This document shows positions 40,381 through 54,421 of a stretch of DNA of 64,000 nt, in pieces; position 1 is the first letter of the stretch; the number at the start of each line of letters is the position of its first letter. Source of the DNA: Octopus sinensis (Eukaryota); the NCBI RefSeq assembly GCF_006345805.1, contig NC_043000.1:118296001-118360000 (forward strand). The letters are read 5' to 3'. The notes beneath the pieces were generated by a model. That model had not been told where the DNA came from. It did not search any database and saw nothing but the letters and a program-made list of their open reading frames with translations. The position numbers and the translations under genes are program-made.

Positions 40381-42292
40381 CTTTTGTTAACGCAAGGAGC
40401 AGAACTGAGAGATCCTTAAGTCGTGTCTATTAAACAATCGCTCATATCTATGTGACTGCGTGAAGCGTTTCTAAGGAATATCCTTCCCACGAAGGTCTTG
40501 ATGATGGGTGAGAAGGGTGGGACAAACCAAACGACATTACCTTAGGGCTTTTTTTTGCAGGTGTTAGAACCCGGCATAAAGGAGATGTGATTCTTAAACT
40601 CACCGGTTGCTAAAGCCTCGTTATAATATGACATTACATTAATGAACACAAGCTCACTGACTCACACACGTACTAACACGGGATAAGAGAAATTATCTAT
40701 CGCTGATCTCAAGACACTTCAGGTATTTTAAAGCATATTTGGGCTAAACGGAGGGGGTTAATTAAATGCAGCTTGTAGTTTTTACCTTCCTTATTATTTA
40801 CACTCGCAGTGAAATTCAATTCCTCGCTAAGAAGCGCCATTGTTTTTATTTGCCGTAAAATAATATAGACATTGTATATTTAAGGAAGAAGACTTTAGAA
40901 GACTATTCAGTTCTATCCTTGTCCCCACAAGAATTTTTTTTAAAGTTTCATTTATTATGAAAATGTCCTTTGAGATTTTGTTTTTGCCTTCCCTAGATAT
41001 CCTGTAGTACTTGTGAACCAAAATCTTCGTGAATAATAACAAACTTTTACTTGTGATTCTCAGTAAACAGAAACAATAGAAGTACTTTTCTTTGTCAAGG
41101 TTTGTTGACTTTAGTCCATCAGTCGGGCGGAGGATAGTAGTTTGAGAGCTTAGCCATGTAAGTTTGATGTGCCTGTCACAGCTCAATTTTAGGTAGCTAT
41201 ACAAACACGCCTTTCCGCTTCACTAAGATACTTGTGGACATAATATTTTTGTTAATGAACAAACCCATACAAATTCACACACAATGTCTACAAAGGGTTT
41301 GCTAATTACATATTTAAACAGTTCTTTATTTTTTTTTTTTATTAATAATGAATTCACTTGTAATAGCTAAAAGCTTATTTCCAAAGATACAACAATCAAA
41401 GATAAAACAATCGAAAAAAATTAATCAACAAAACTAATTATTAATGTGTATCAACTTTTAAATTTCAATTCTAAAATAATTGCTACATTTTTTTACTATT
41501 CAAGTTTGTTGATAAACGTACATCAGAAAATAAAATTATGCACTTTTATACTTCGTTACATCTTGCAGTTCATATGTGCTTAATTATGCAAACTGAATAT
41601 ATATATATATATATATATATAGACATTCCTTAGAAAACACCCATTACTTTATGCGTAGTAACACGTAGTTCAGAGAGGTTAATATTGCCTGTCATACGTC
41701 TGCCACGTTGTAAAAAAGTCTTTTTACCTCTTTGCATGTCAGGCCATCAAAATACAATGCAAATTACGTGTCGTCATTCATAATATTGGTGTCGACTTCC
41801 ATTATGAAGCTGCAAGTGGTGATTGGTTTGTGACAGCATCATACATTTGAGAATAAATATTTTTACTGAAAACAAAGCAGGCAATAAAGACCATTTTATA
41901 TCTGTACATTGCGAGGAACGAATTTTCAGTTTGTGAGCGCTGTAGTTATTACAGACGAAATTACTCGTATCCAATAATAGTCAACATTAATAAAGGTATA
42001 TAATAAGCACGAATTAAGAAAAGACTTATTAAAAATAATCATCTTTATTTAGACTTATTCAGACTTCGCAAGGAAAGAATATGATAACAAATAAACCTCA
42101 AAGATAAAATATTGGATAAAATAACGATACAAAGCAGTTTCATGCATTTTATTTTATTTAATTGGTGTGAAGGAAGGGAGCAGCCTATGGTTTTCACAGG
42201 CCCTCCTAGATCAAAGTGATTAGTGCTTTTAAAGTTTCTCTAAAACCAGTGTAGAGTTATCATCTACGAATAAGAATTCAGCAATATGTATG

Positions 42293-42328
<36 letters not shown>

Positions 42329-42484
42329 TCTTTCACTTTCCATCTAACAAGTCCGTTCACACGGTTTTGGTCGGTCCGAAGTTATGTTAAAAGACACTTG
42401 CCCAAGGCCCGGCTCTTTACATTCCGATTTCAAAACCTACAGAGGTTATATTTCATTCTTTCGGGGTCGGTAAAATAAAGTATC

Positions 42485-43416
42485 GGATCTTTTCCTTTTG
42501 ATGGACGGAATTCAACAGAATTTCTAGTTAACTAAGCAATTTGAAACTTCGTATACTGGTAGAATGTGTCCAAAGAAAACATTATTTTCATTTGGCTTTT
42601 TTGAGAAAATTGTAATTTGTAAGTTTAACGTAGTTTAATTCTTCGAATTTCAACCAATGAATTGCCAGCTTTTGAGCTCAAATCATTTGCTGCGTTATCG
42701 ATATTGATAAACAAACGAGGAGACGCACGCCGCATACACACACACACACGCATATATTCAGATACATACACACGTACACTTGCACACACACACACACACA
42801 CTCTCTCTCTCTCTCTCTGTCTGTCTCTCTCTCTCTCAAACACATGCATATACATTTGCACAAGCACATAGTATTTAATATACAAACGTACACACACATA
42901 CAAACGGAGATATACATAGACATCACATACGCACACAAACATACACGTTCGTGAGTTCGCACTGGTGTCGATAGAATCGACTTAATACTTTTGTCTGGGG
43001 GGATCAATGTTTCAACGTTTCGGGGTCGATAAATTAAGTACCAACTACGCACTGGTGTCGAGGATCTTTTTCCCAATTTATATCACAGCCTCCGACAAGC
43101 TGGGGCATCCTTTTATGAAAAAATATTTCGCAAATTTTTACAATACGACCCACACTCCACGCGCACCCTCATATCCCACTCTAGACCGATTTAGGCATAT
43201 TATTGTTTTGTTTTTGTTGTTTTTGGCCCTTCAAAACCATGGGAGAAGCCTTTTCGGTAAAAAAAAATAAAGAAAATATTCAAAAAATATCGTTAATATT
43301 TTTATTGGGCGGCGAAATTCATCGATTTAAGAGATATGGTTGTTATTTCTAGCACATGCCAACTTTGTTTATCAATATCGATGAGCGAGACAGACAGAAG
43401 AGAGAAGGATGAATAA

Positions 43417-43460
<44 letters not shown>

Positions 43461-43713
43461 TATGCTGTTTACGTTGCAACAGGATGTTGTTTGAGTTTTT
43501 AGACACAGCAAATGATTTGAGCTCAAATGCTGGCAATTCATTGGTTAAAATTCGAAGAATTAAACTACGTTAAACTTACAAATTATAATTTTCTCAAAAA
43601 CGCCAAGTGAAAATAATGTTTTCTTTTGACACATTCTACCAGTATACGAAGTTTCAAATTGTTTAGTTAACTAGAAATTGTGTTGAATTCCGTCCATCAA
43701 AAGGAAAAGATCC
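42485..43713. mobile_element. GGATC-ended DNA element with ~210-bp TIRs, an 8-bp TSD and nested repeats
   Basis: TSD aaagtatc at 42477-42484 and 43714-43721; inserted into a family B SINE; termini related to 27050-27476. Confidence 0.88.
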
Positions 43714-45857
43714 AAAGTATCAGTTAAGGTGATGGTATCGACTGATCCTCTCTTTTCAACTTCACCTAAATCACAACCAATTGTTTAGAGCTGTGAATTG
43801 ACAGAAATGCATTGGGCTATTTATTCCAAATCTTTACATTCGGGGTTCAAATCCTAACAAAGTCATCTTTGCATTTAATCGTTTCGAGGTCGATAGAAGA
43901 ATGCATCAGTGAATTACAGGGCTCTATTTAATCAACTAATTTCCAAATACCGAGTCTTGTGCCTAAATCACTAGCAATTATTATTTGGCAGAGTATCCAG
44001 TGCATCGGAATAAACGATTTGCTGTGCCTTTTTGTTCTTCATAAAATAAAGACCCATTCAAGTACTTGGAGGTCTAACTCCTAAATTGGAAACAGGAATA
44101 ACAAGGCGGTGAGCTGGCAGATTCATTAGAGCGACGGAAACAATGCATTGTTCCGACTCTTTACGTTTTGAGTTCAAATCCTCCCGAAATCAGCTTTGCC
44201 TTTCAACCCTCAAGATTCGATGAAATAAATTACAAGTCGACTAGGTGGCGACCTAGCAGAACCGTTAGCTCTTCGGGCGAAATGCTTCGTGGTATTTTAT
44301 CTGCGTTACGTTGTGAGTTCAAATTCCGCCGAGGTCGACTTTACCATTCATCCCTTCGGGGTCGATAAATTAAGTACCAGTTACGAACTGGGGTCGATGT
44401 AATCGACTTAATACCTATGTCTGTCCTTGTTTGTTCCCTCTGTGTTTAGCCCCTTGTGGGTAATAAATAAATAGGTATTTTATCTGCCGCTACGTTCTGA
44501 GTTCAAATTCCGCCTAGGTCGACTTTGCCTTTCATCCTTTCGGGGTCGATTAAATAAGAACCAGTCACGCACTGGGGTCGATATAATCGACATAATCCGT
44601 TTGTCTGTCCTTGTTTGTCCTCTCTGTGTTTAGCCCCTTGTGGGTAGTAAAGAAATAGGTATTTCGTCTGTCGCTACGTTCTGAGTTCAAATTCCGCCGA
44701 GGTTGATTTTGCTTTTCATCCTTACGAGGTCGATAAATTAAGTACCAGTTACGCACTGTGGTCGATATAATCGACTTAATCCGTTTGTCTGTCCTTGTTC
44801 GTCCCCTCTGTGTATAGCCTCTTGTGGACAGTAAAGAAATAAGATTCATTAGAGCGATGGAAACAATGCATTGTTCCGACTCTTTACGTTTTGAGTTCAA
44901 ATCCTCCCGAGATCAGCCTTGCCTTTCAACCCTCAAGATTCGATGAAATAAAGTACAAGTCAGGTTAATGGTACTGACTAACGCTTTCTCTTTAAAACTA
45001 CTGGCCGTGTAGCTATGATACTGCTGTTGTTATTATCGTTTCTTGCTTTGCCAAACGAGTCGTGTATCGCTCAGGTGACTTCATAAAATTCACAGCGATT
45101 TATGCTAAGTCAAGCGGATATTTTGTGTCTGGTCTATGTTTATTGCGATGTAAGCTTTTATTACCGGTATTTTTCTCTTTTAAAAAAAATTCTTCAATCC
45201 GCCAAGCATTATTATTATTTTTTTTTTGCTGTTGTTGTTGCTGTCTGTAGCGTTAGGTATTTCAAATATGGTGACTAAGACAATACATGCCATAAGCCAA
45301 GTTACAATCGCAAAATAAAGAAAAACCAAAGAAAAGAAATAAAAGTCGTGTAAAGATATATTAAAAACATTATACAAGAAAGAAATGTAATTTTTCACTG
45401 GCAAGCACATCTCACACTATGCCACGAACAAACAAGTGTCAGTAGAAATTGTAACTGAAAAAGAAGCAATAAGAACAAAGTGTTGTTTTGCTTGTTTGTC
45501 AGCAACGAGAGGAAATTTAAACGGGAATCAAAAAACGGAGATAAAGGATGGAGCGACTGAACGAAATATTTTCTTGAAATTCTTATCCAGATGCAGGGAA
45601 GGAAAGTGATCTACATCCGCTCTTTTTATTTTTTTTTACTCTTTTACTTGTTTCAGTCATTTGACTGTGGCCATGCTGGAGCACCGCCTTTTAGTCGAGC
45701 AAATCGACCCCAGGACTTATTCTTTGGAAGCCTAGTACTTATTCTATCGGCCCCTTATGCCGAACAGCTCAGTTACGGGGACGTAAACACACCAGCATCG
45801 GTTGTCCAGCGATGTTTGGGGAAGAAACACAGACACACAAACATATACATACATACA

Positions 45858-47140
<1,283 letters not shown>

Positions 47141-49476
47141 GACGGGCGTCTTTCAGTTTTCGTCTTCCAAATCCTCTCACAAGGTGCCACACAGTGGGAC
47201 TGAACCCGGAATCATGTGGTTCGTAAGCAAGCTACTTACCATACAGCCACGCTCCTTAAGTAAAAGATGTGAGGTTCTATTGATTTCAAGGGAAATTTTG
47301 GAGGCATGGGCCGATGTATAATGGAACGATATGGTTTCTATTGGCCGCTGTAGAACTCGCAGAAATATTTACCTGATCTTCAAAATCTAGCATGAGGCGA
47401 AACAGTAAGCGGGTATGACGCAAACTTAAATGCCCTCAGGCTCACAGTACAATCTTGTACAACACAAGATGAGAGTCAGAGGTACTGGAAATGACATTGG
47501 TACCTGAAACATTGCTACATTTCTTATGCAATATTGATAGATTGTGACTACAGAAGCCCAAAAGAATGACATGCAGTCTCCAGTTATGAATCGTTTGACA
47601 GTAATTAATTTTTATAACCATATGCGCTTCTGCAGCGTTTTTCTACTCTTCTGGAAGCTGTTATTTTTTCCTGGTGTAATCTTTTACAATTTTTTCTTGC
47701 AACGTAGTTTTTCAGATTGTGATGAAGGAAATCTATCCGATTAAGATGATTTCTTTTTGTGTAGGTGCCGTCACGCCTTAAGTCTGAGACTAAACATATC
47801 TGTTAGAATCTTGTGTTAAGCCAGAAGATTAGAATATCATATATTACACGTGCCTTCCAATTGTTTGTTTTTTATAACGCCTGGGTTACATATTGTGTAC
47901 ATATATCTTCTCCCGGTTAAGGTGGCGAGCTGGCAGAAACGTTAGCACGCCGGGCGAAATGCGTAGTCGTATTTCGTCTGCCGTTACGTTGTCAGTTCAA
48001 ATTCCGCCGAAGTCGACTTTGCCTTTCATCCTTTCGGGGTTGATAAATTAAGTACCAATTACGCACTAGGGTCGATGTAATCGATTTAATCCGTTTGTCT
48101 GTCCTTGTTTGTCCCCTCTGTGTTTAGCCCCTTGTGGGTAGTAAACAAATATATATCTTCTCCCGGTTTTACAAACTACTCCTCAGAAATGTTTTATTTC
48201 TCTTGATGCTGGTATTGTACTTTTTTGATTTGATTTTTTGCCTAGCTCTTCTTGCTCGAAGAATCTACATCGTTTTCATGCCGACCTATTTTTTGCTATT
48301 TAGCGCAAACTTTTCTGTTTCAGTCGTTCTTTTATTTCAGCACATATTCATTATGTTATATTCCCATGGTATTCGTTTCTTTTTTCAATTCTGTCTTTAC
48401 GCTATTAATTTCCTTAATGACAGAAACTATACTTTTACGTTCTACTATTGCTCTCCATATTACTTGCTTAGTTTTTGATATTCCTATATAAGTTGATCTG
48501 AGAGAGAAACCGATTTTATAATTACTCTTACAGCTGCATATATTATTTCGTTTAACATGGTCTTATTGATGTTCGTGTATGTTTTCATTAAGTCTCTGAT
48601 GGCTAGCTATGCATATTTTTAGTGTTGTTATTTCATCGTTAAGTTCTTTTTGGAGAGTTACTCCCATAGGCAGATCTTTTTCTTTAGTTCTGATTATTTA
48701 ATTATTTCCAACTAGATTGTCAGGGTCACGATTTCTATCTTTAAAGTTTCCTATTAAACCTTCCTCATATTCTTTTTATAAATACATTGTTTGTATTTTA
48801 TTTATTGCATATTATTGTTCTAGTGTGACTTTCTGGTCAGTATTCTATAGGTGTTTGTGAGTTAGACTTTGTAGTAATTTTTTTTTTACATTGTGTTCAA
48901 TATGTGAGATCTATCTTATAAATGTCTTCATTTTGGCATTTTAGGTCCTTTATTTTTGCTTTCATTATGTATTCTTTCTTTTAAGAGTCATAATTTGATT
49001 TCTGGTATTTGGTTACTTTTGAAAACGTATATTCTTAAATTAACTTGTTTGATGAAATTCAAATTTATATTTACATCAAGGCTGTTTCTCTACAAATTTT
49101 ATACTAGAATATTTTTGTAGTTTGTTTGTGTAGTTTGCATGGAGTAGAGTGTATCTGTAAAATATGCACGTTAAGGAAAAACCTATTTCTCAGGTTTGTC
49201 TTTACACCGTTTGTTTTATATTTGTGAGATTTGAAGAGGATAAATATTGATTTCCTTTTTAGATTCTCATCTATTAGGTCTGGCACCGGTTTGTTTGCTT
49301 CTGGCGGTGGAAAACTTTGAACACTCCATTTTCGTACATTTTAATCAATAAATATAAAGCAAGCATTTTTTCTTTCACCTTTAGCTGAATGAGATAACTT
49401 GTATTTGTAGTTTTGTAGTTTTGGTGCAGAAGAGAAATGACTTATAATATGCAAACGCCGACCAATACGAATATTT

Positions 49477-49521
<45 letters not shown>

Positions 49522-49537
49522 TAATAATATAATAATA

Positions 49538-49571
<34 letters not shown>

Positions 49572-49572
<1 letters not shown>

Positions 49573-50077
49573 CTAGCAGTATCGCCCGGCGTTGCTCGGG
49601 TTTGTAAGAGAAATAACTATATAAGCATTTTTAGAGAGTTACTTCCCTTATAAATTCGGGCTTTCTTAGCCATTTTTGTTTTGGTGTCTTCAAGCCGTGA
49701 AGTCGTTATTCTAAAAGAACGCTGGTTTCCTTCACAACGCATTACGACGTTGATTTCTTTACACTCCCTTCCCCACAGCTTCACGAGGGAGGGAAGGGGG
49801 AGAAGCAAACAGGTGCAGCTGTGAACGTGGACGCCAACTCCGCCGCCATCGACACACGATGCATTTTATGCATTAAAATGGAATAAAAAATGATGTTAAA
49901 TTATTTTTAAAATCGTAGACTCATCGTTGACGCGCGCTAATAGTCAGACGGGCTTGATATGAATCACGACTATAAGATACCCGAATTTGGTTAAACTGCA
50001 CCGCAAAATGTGGGAGGAGTTAGGAATCTAAATCGAAGGGGACAGACACTCACACAACTAGAGTTTAATATATAGAT
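49572..50077 (+). mobile_element. Non-autonomous Helentron/HINE (Lep1-like) element
   Basis: 5' ACTAGCAGTATCGCCCGGCGTTGCTCGGG hairpin and 3' ...TAATATATAGAT; a second element with the same 5' end at 57205-57598. Confidence 0.7.
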
Positions 50078-50252
50078 ATATATATATTTTTTCTTCCTTC
50101 AAATTTTCTTCCGTTTCTCGCCGGGTGTTTTCCATACACCTAGGGCAGAGATGCTCATTGTATGCATTCTCAGATTACACACGCAAATTCACAGGTAAAA
50201 TATGTATTTAAAAAATTAATAAATGAATAAATTCATGAATGGATGTTGTTTT

Positions 50253-50571
50253 CACGGTGATAATGCTCTTCTCAGTACATGAGCCGTTCTAGTTAACACG
50301 ATTTTTTGCACTTCCTGTATGGATGGCAAGCTTGGCATCATTTTCAAATAGGTTTCAGTACCTTTTTTTATCCTTCCTTAAGATCCTACAATCACTGGTA
50401 CTGTAGTCGCTTTGAGATGCCATTTTTTTCAATTTCTATTAGCAAGTCCTTATAATTACTGATCTTGTCAAATTCTTTCGCCACTATATTGTGATCGCAA
50501 GGAATACTCATGTCAATTAATAAACACAACCTTTTTGTCTGATCTTTTATAATAATATCCGGTTTATTATC
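50253..50571 (-). mobile_element. C-terminus of an R4/Dong-like non-LTR element (restriction-like endonuclease)
   Basis: DNKPDIIIKD...LLIDMSIPCDHNIVAKEFDKISNYKDLLIEI...TVPVIVGSLG...RTAHVLRRALSP*, with small frameshifts. Confidence 0.85.
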
Positions 50572-50576
50572 ATTAC

Positions 50577-50616
<40 letters not shown>

Positions 50617-50619
50617 GAG

Positions 50620-51071
50620 TGAGAGAGAAGTTCATGCCATCAAAGTGACACTGTGGTAAAATATACGAAGCCCAATATACCCATCATGACTACCCGTCTG
50701 ATAAGGGTACACCAGGCACATGCATCACAACCATATGTGCGCGACATGGTGATCTCATATCAAGATAAACAGCACATGACCTTGCAGGTGGGGCCCAGTT
50801 AGAATTTCCTTCAGGTTGAGTAGCCCATCCCGCTCAAACGGTCCCTGAATAAGGGTTGTTTAAGGATGTTGAAAAAACCACCCATGTTTCCAGAGGTGAA
50901 CTATTCAAACCAAAGAATCCCTCTCAACACATGACTATGATGCTCCCCACTACTTCTGCTCGTGATCAGAGATGCCACATATCGTCAGCCACTAAGGGAC
51001 ATGCTCAACTGGTTAAGGTCAAACAACTGACAAGCAAATCTGTGGTATTGAGCAGAATATTTGCTGTAGCC

Positions 51072-51075
<4 letters not shown>
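50620..51075. mobile_element. Unclassified interspersed repeat between (ATT)n tracts
   Basis: Discrete higher-GC block bounded by (ATT)n on both sides; single copy here, so its repeat status rests on recollection of octopus repeats. Confidence 0.35.
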
Positions 51076-51122
<47 letters not shown>

Positions 51123-51536
51123 CATCATTACTATTATTAGGGCGGCGAGCTGGCAGAGAGGTTAGCACGCCGGTCAACATGTTTTGCGGTACTTCGTCCG
51201 TCTTTACGTTCTGAGTTCAAATTCCGCTGAGGTCGACTTTGCCACTCACCATTTCGGGATCGAATAAATAAGTACCAGTTACGCACTGGGGTAGATGTAA
51301 TCGACTTAATCCGTTTGTCTGTCCTTGTTTGTCCCCTCTATGTTTAGCCCCTTGTGGGTAGTAAAGAAATAGGTATTTCGTCTGTCTTTACGTTCTGAGT
51401 TCAAATTCCGCCGATGTCGACTTTGCCTTTCATCCTCTTGGAGTCGATTAAATAAGTACCAGTTACGCACTGTGGTCGAAGTAATCGACTTAATCCCTTT
51501 CTCCAAATTTGAGGCCTTGTACTTCCACTAGAAAGG

Positions 51537-51587
<51 letters not shown>

Positions 51588-51636
51588 GTTATTATTATTA
51601 TTAGTATTATTATTACTATTACTATTATTATTATTA

Positions 51637-51684
<48 letters not shown>

Positions 51685-51686
51685 GC

Positions 51687-51741
<55 letters not shown>

Positions 51742-51953
51742 TTCTTGTTGGTGAACTGGCAGCATAGTCACAGAGTCGGACAAAATGTTTTGAACTAATT
51801 TTTCTGGTACAAAATCATAAGCAATGTGGGTAATGATGTAGAGCCAAATATTTAGCCTTTATACTTGAGACATTGTAACTTTGAGAGTTTTTCTTCGTTT
51901 ACTAATTTAAAGAAGAAAATTAGAGAAAGGAAGAGAGAGAGAGACAGAGAGAC

Positions 51954-51992
<39 letters not shown>

Positions 51993-52829
51993 GAAAGAGG
52001 GAGAGAGAGAATGAGATAGACAGAGAGAGAGAGAGAAAGGGATCGCAGCCAACAGTTGCAAAACCAGAAAGAAAGACATGATTCAGAGACTTTTGTTCCG
52101 ACAGCACCGCCTGCTGCACAAAGTGTAGCTCCTAGGAAGGTCGAAAAGCTCCCCTTGTTTCCAAGACCAAACTGAACGGCCATGGGTCTCATCGACTGGT
52201 CACAGCTATTAGCGGCATCGTCTTTGGACATAAGGAAAATATGGAGAGTGAACGAGAGACGAAAATCGTAAGTAACAAAAAGTTAAAAAAAAAAGGAGAA
52301 AAGACTGCAAGAACAAAATTGGATCTCAAGAGAAGGCAGGCAGATGAAGCGAAGGGAAGTTGCCATTCTCTAGAAACAAACACAGAAACCCAGAAGTCAT
52401 GAAATTAAGAGGACAGGGAACATCTTATGTGAACTAGATGGACAGACTAGAATAACTGCAAGAAGACCACACAGTCAAAGTAGTGGTTTCTAAAACATGA
52501 GAGCAGATTGGAGAGAGTACCTAACGCTTTACCTGTCCTGTGTATCACGTGTTTCACAGGACATATTACCCTGGTCTCCATGCATCTTATATAATACATG
52601 TTTACAATTTTTTTCAAACACTAGAATAAATTGGTACTTAGGCACAGGAGTGGCTGTGTGGTAAGTAGCTTGCTTACCAACCACATGGTTCCGGGTTCAG
52701 TCCCACTGCGTGGCACCTTGGGCGTCTTCTACTATAGCCTCGGGCCGACCAAAGCCTTGTGAGTAGATTTGGTAGACGCAAACTGAAAGAAGCCCGTCGT
52801 ATATATATATGTATATATATGTATATATA

Positions 52830-53010
52830 CATTTTTCTCTACTTTTTTTCTCTCCTTGTTTCTCTCCTTGTTTTTTTTTCTGTGTCCCTTTCTGTAGAAG
52901 AGCGTAGGCTCGAAACGAAAAAGACTTTTTCTGTTCCTGAGCGTTATACTAATACATCTGTTTGTTTTGTACACCACCTGTCCTCGTCTTTTGTTTTTTT
53001 CGTAAACTCT

Positions 53011-53015
<5 letters not shown>
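52830..53015 (+). mobile_element. ~190-bp pyrimidine-rich TA-flanked element with a variant hammerhead at 52888-52924
   Basis: CUUU-CUGUAGA-AGAG(cguag)gCUC-GAAA-CG-AA-AAAG; shares ttcctgagcgt...taatac with 54036-54240. Confidence 0.55.
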
Positions 53016-53042
<27 letters not shown>

Positions 53043-53051
<9 letters not shown>

Positions 53052-53418
53052 AAAATAGTAAAGAGTGAAAAAACGACAGAAGGCTTAAATGTTAAAAAAT
53101 ATATATATTTGCGTCAAAATGTCTGGAGAATATTGGAAAAATATTTTTCCTTTCCTTAAAATGACATAATTTTATAATTTTTAAAGAAATACCGGTTTCG
53201 CAGTTAGCTCTTCAAATTTCTTGTGAAACATTAAGTCACAAGAAATTTGAAGAGCTAACTGCTAAACCGGTATTTCTTTAAAAATTATAAAATTATGTCA
53301 TTTTAAGGAAAGGAAAAATATTTTTCCAATATTCTCCAGACATTTTGACGCAATATATATATTTTTTAACATTTAAGCCTTGTGTCGTTTTTTCACTCTT
53401 TACTATTTTCTTATATAT
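53043..53418. repeat. 376-bp palindrome (arms ~184 bp, 9-nt loop) with an inverted pair of degenerate hammerheads at the apex
   Basis: Minus strand 53184-53222: AAGAAA-u-UUGAAGA-GC(uaacu)GC-GAAA-CCGG-UA-UUUCUU. The plus-strand copy at 53240-53278 has UAAA instead of GAAA. Confidence 0.8.
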
Positions 53419-53463
53419 TCACCCACGTGCTTTACCAAACAAACTTTCTTATCTATCTATATC

Positions 53464-53494
<31 letters not shown>

Positions 53495-53635
53495 TAGTAT
53501 ATATATATATATATATATAACATATATATATATAATCAACTAATATGGGTGAGAAAATTGGATACTAATTTAATAGTACATCCATTTAACACCAAGTGGC
53601 TTAGTGCATCAAAACCAGGAATACAATAAATTTTA

Positions 53636-54002
53636 TACGTAAATATAAGAGAGTAACCACTATGTGGTCGACTCTAGCACTAAAAATAGATCCGGTAGGT
53701 TTCAACCACGAAGAATTGTTTCCGATGAAAGTTAGCACAACTACTAGCGTAAACGAACAGGGCAAATAAAAATAACAAAAATGCAGATTAGTTCAGGACA
53801 ATTGTTTCGCTATTAATAAATTATGTAATTTTACTCACATAACATATCTGTAGCTCCTCAGCCGAACCCGTCCAGAATAAAATTTACTCAAGGCTGGTAG
53901 TCGTGCTAACATTCATCGGAAACAATTCTTCGTGGCTGAAACCTACCGGATCTATTTTTAGTGCTAGAGTCGACCACATAATGTTTACTCTCTTATATTT
54001 AC

Positions 54003-54005
<3 letters not shown>
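53636..54005. mobile_element. 370-bp TA-flanked TIR element (113-bp arms) with a central hammerhead
   Basis: Arms 53636-53748 and 53893-54005 are reverse complements with about 7 mismatches; the spacer is 144 bp. Confidence 0.9.
53791..53867 (-). ncRNA. Type-I hammerhead ribozyme motif with a fully canonical core and an elongated stem II
   Basis: GUUCGG-CUGAGGA-GCUA(42 nt incl. uuaugu/acauaa hairpin)UAGC-GAAA-CAAUUG-UC|CUGAAC: G10.1-C11.1 pair, ACAAUUGU palindrome, GUC site. Confidence 0.85.
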
Positions 54006-54035
<30 letters not shown>

Positions 54036-54240
54036 GATCTCGTGTGTACCGTTGGCGATTTTTTTCCCTCTGTCTTCCCTTCTCTGGATCTTTCCTTCTC
54101 CTATGTTTCCGACGAAGAGTTCCGCTCGAAACGTTAAACCCTCCTTCTTTCTTTCTTTCCTGAGCGTCCAATAATACTATATTTGTTCCACGTTTTCGCG
54201 TTCTTATGTTTCTTTTGTGCTTTCTTGTTTGGATCAACTA
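54036..54240 (+). mobile_element. ~200-bp TA-flanked element with a hammerhead motif at 54105-54139
   Basis: GUUU-CCGACGA-A-GAG(uuccg)CUC-GAAA-CG-UU-AAAC: U4 is changed to C; AACGUU palindrome. Confidence 0.65.
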
Positions 54241-54258
54241 TATATATATATGTATATA

Positions 54259-54309
<51 letters not shown>

Positions 54310-54421
54310 TCGCCATACTAATATGGCATTCTTATAAAAATAAGAATAAAGCTGTCCGCTTATTAGCTCCATGAGGCCTTCGCCTTAAGTTAGCTATTTG
54401 ATACACAAACTGTATCCATAT

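Noticed and set aside
44105-44960. Regularly spaced family B repeats resembling a CRISPR array
   Set aside because: The units are ~185-bp SINE bodies without unique spacers, in a eukaryotic context with no cas genes.
48500-49300. Possible N-terminal region of a PLE ORF on the minus strand
   Set aside because: Only vague compositional similarity, with no diagnostic motif.
52040-52600. Higher-GC stretch with short ORFs as a possible exon or LINE fragment
   Set aside because: No recognisable motif and stops in all frames; needs tBLASTx.
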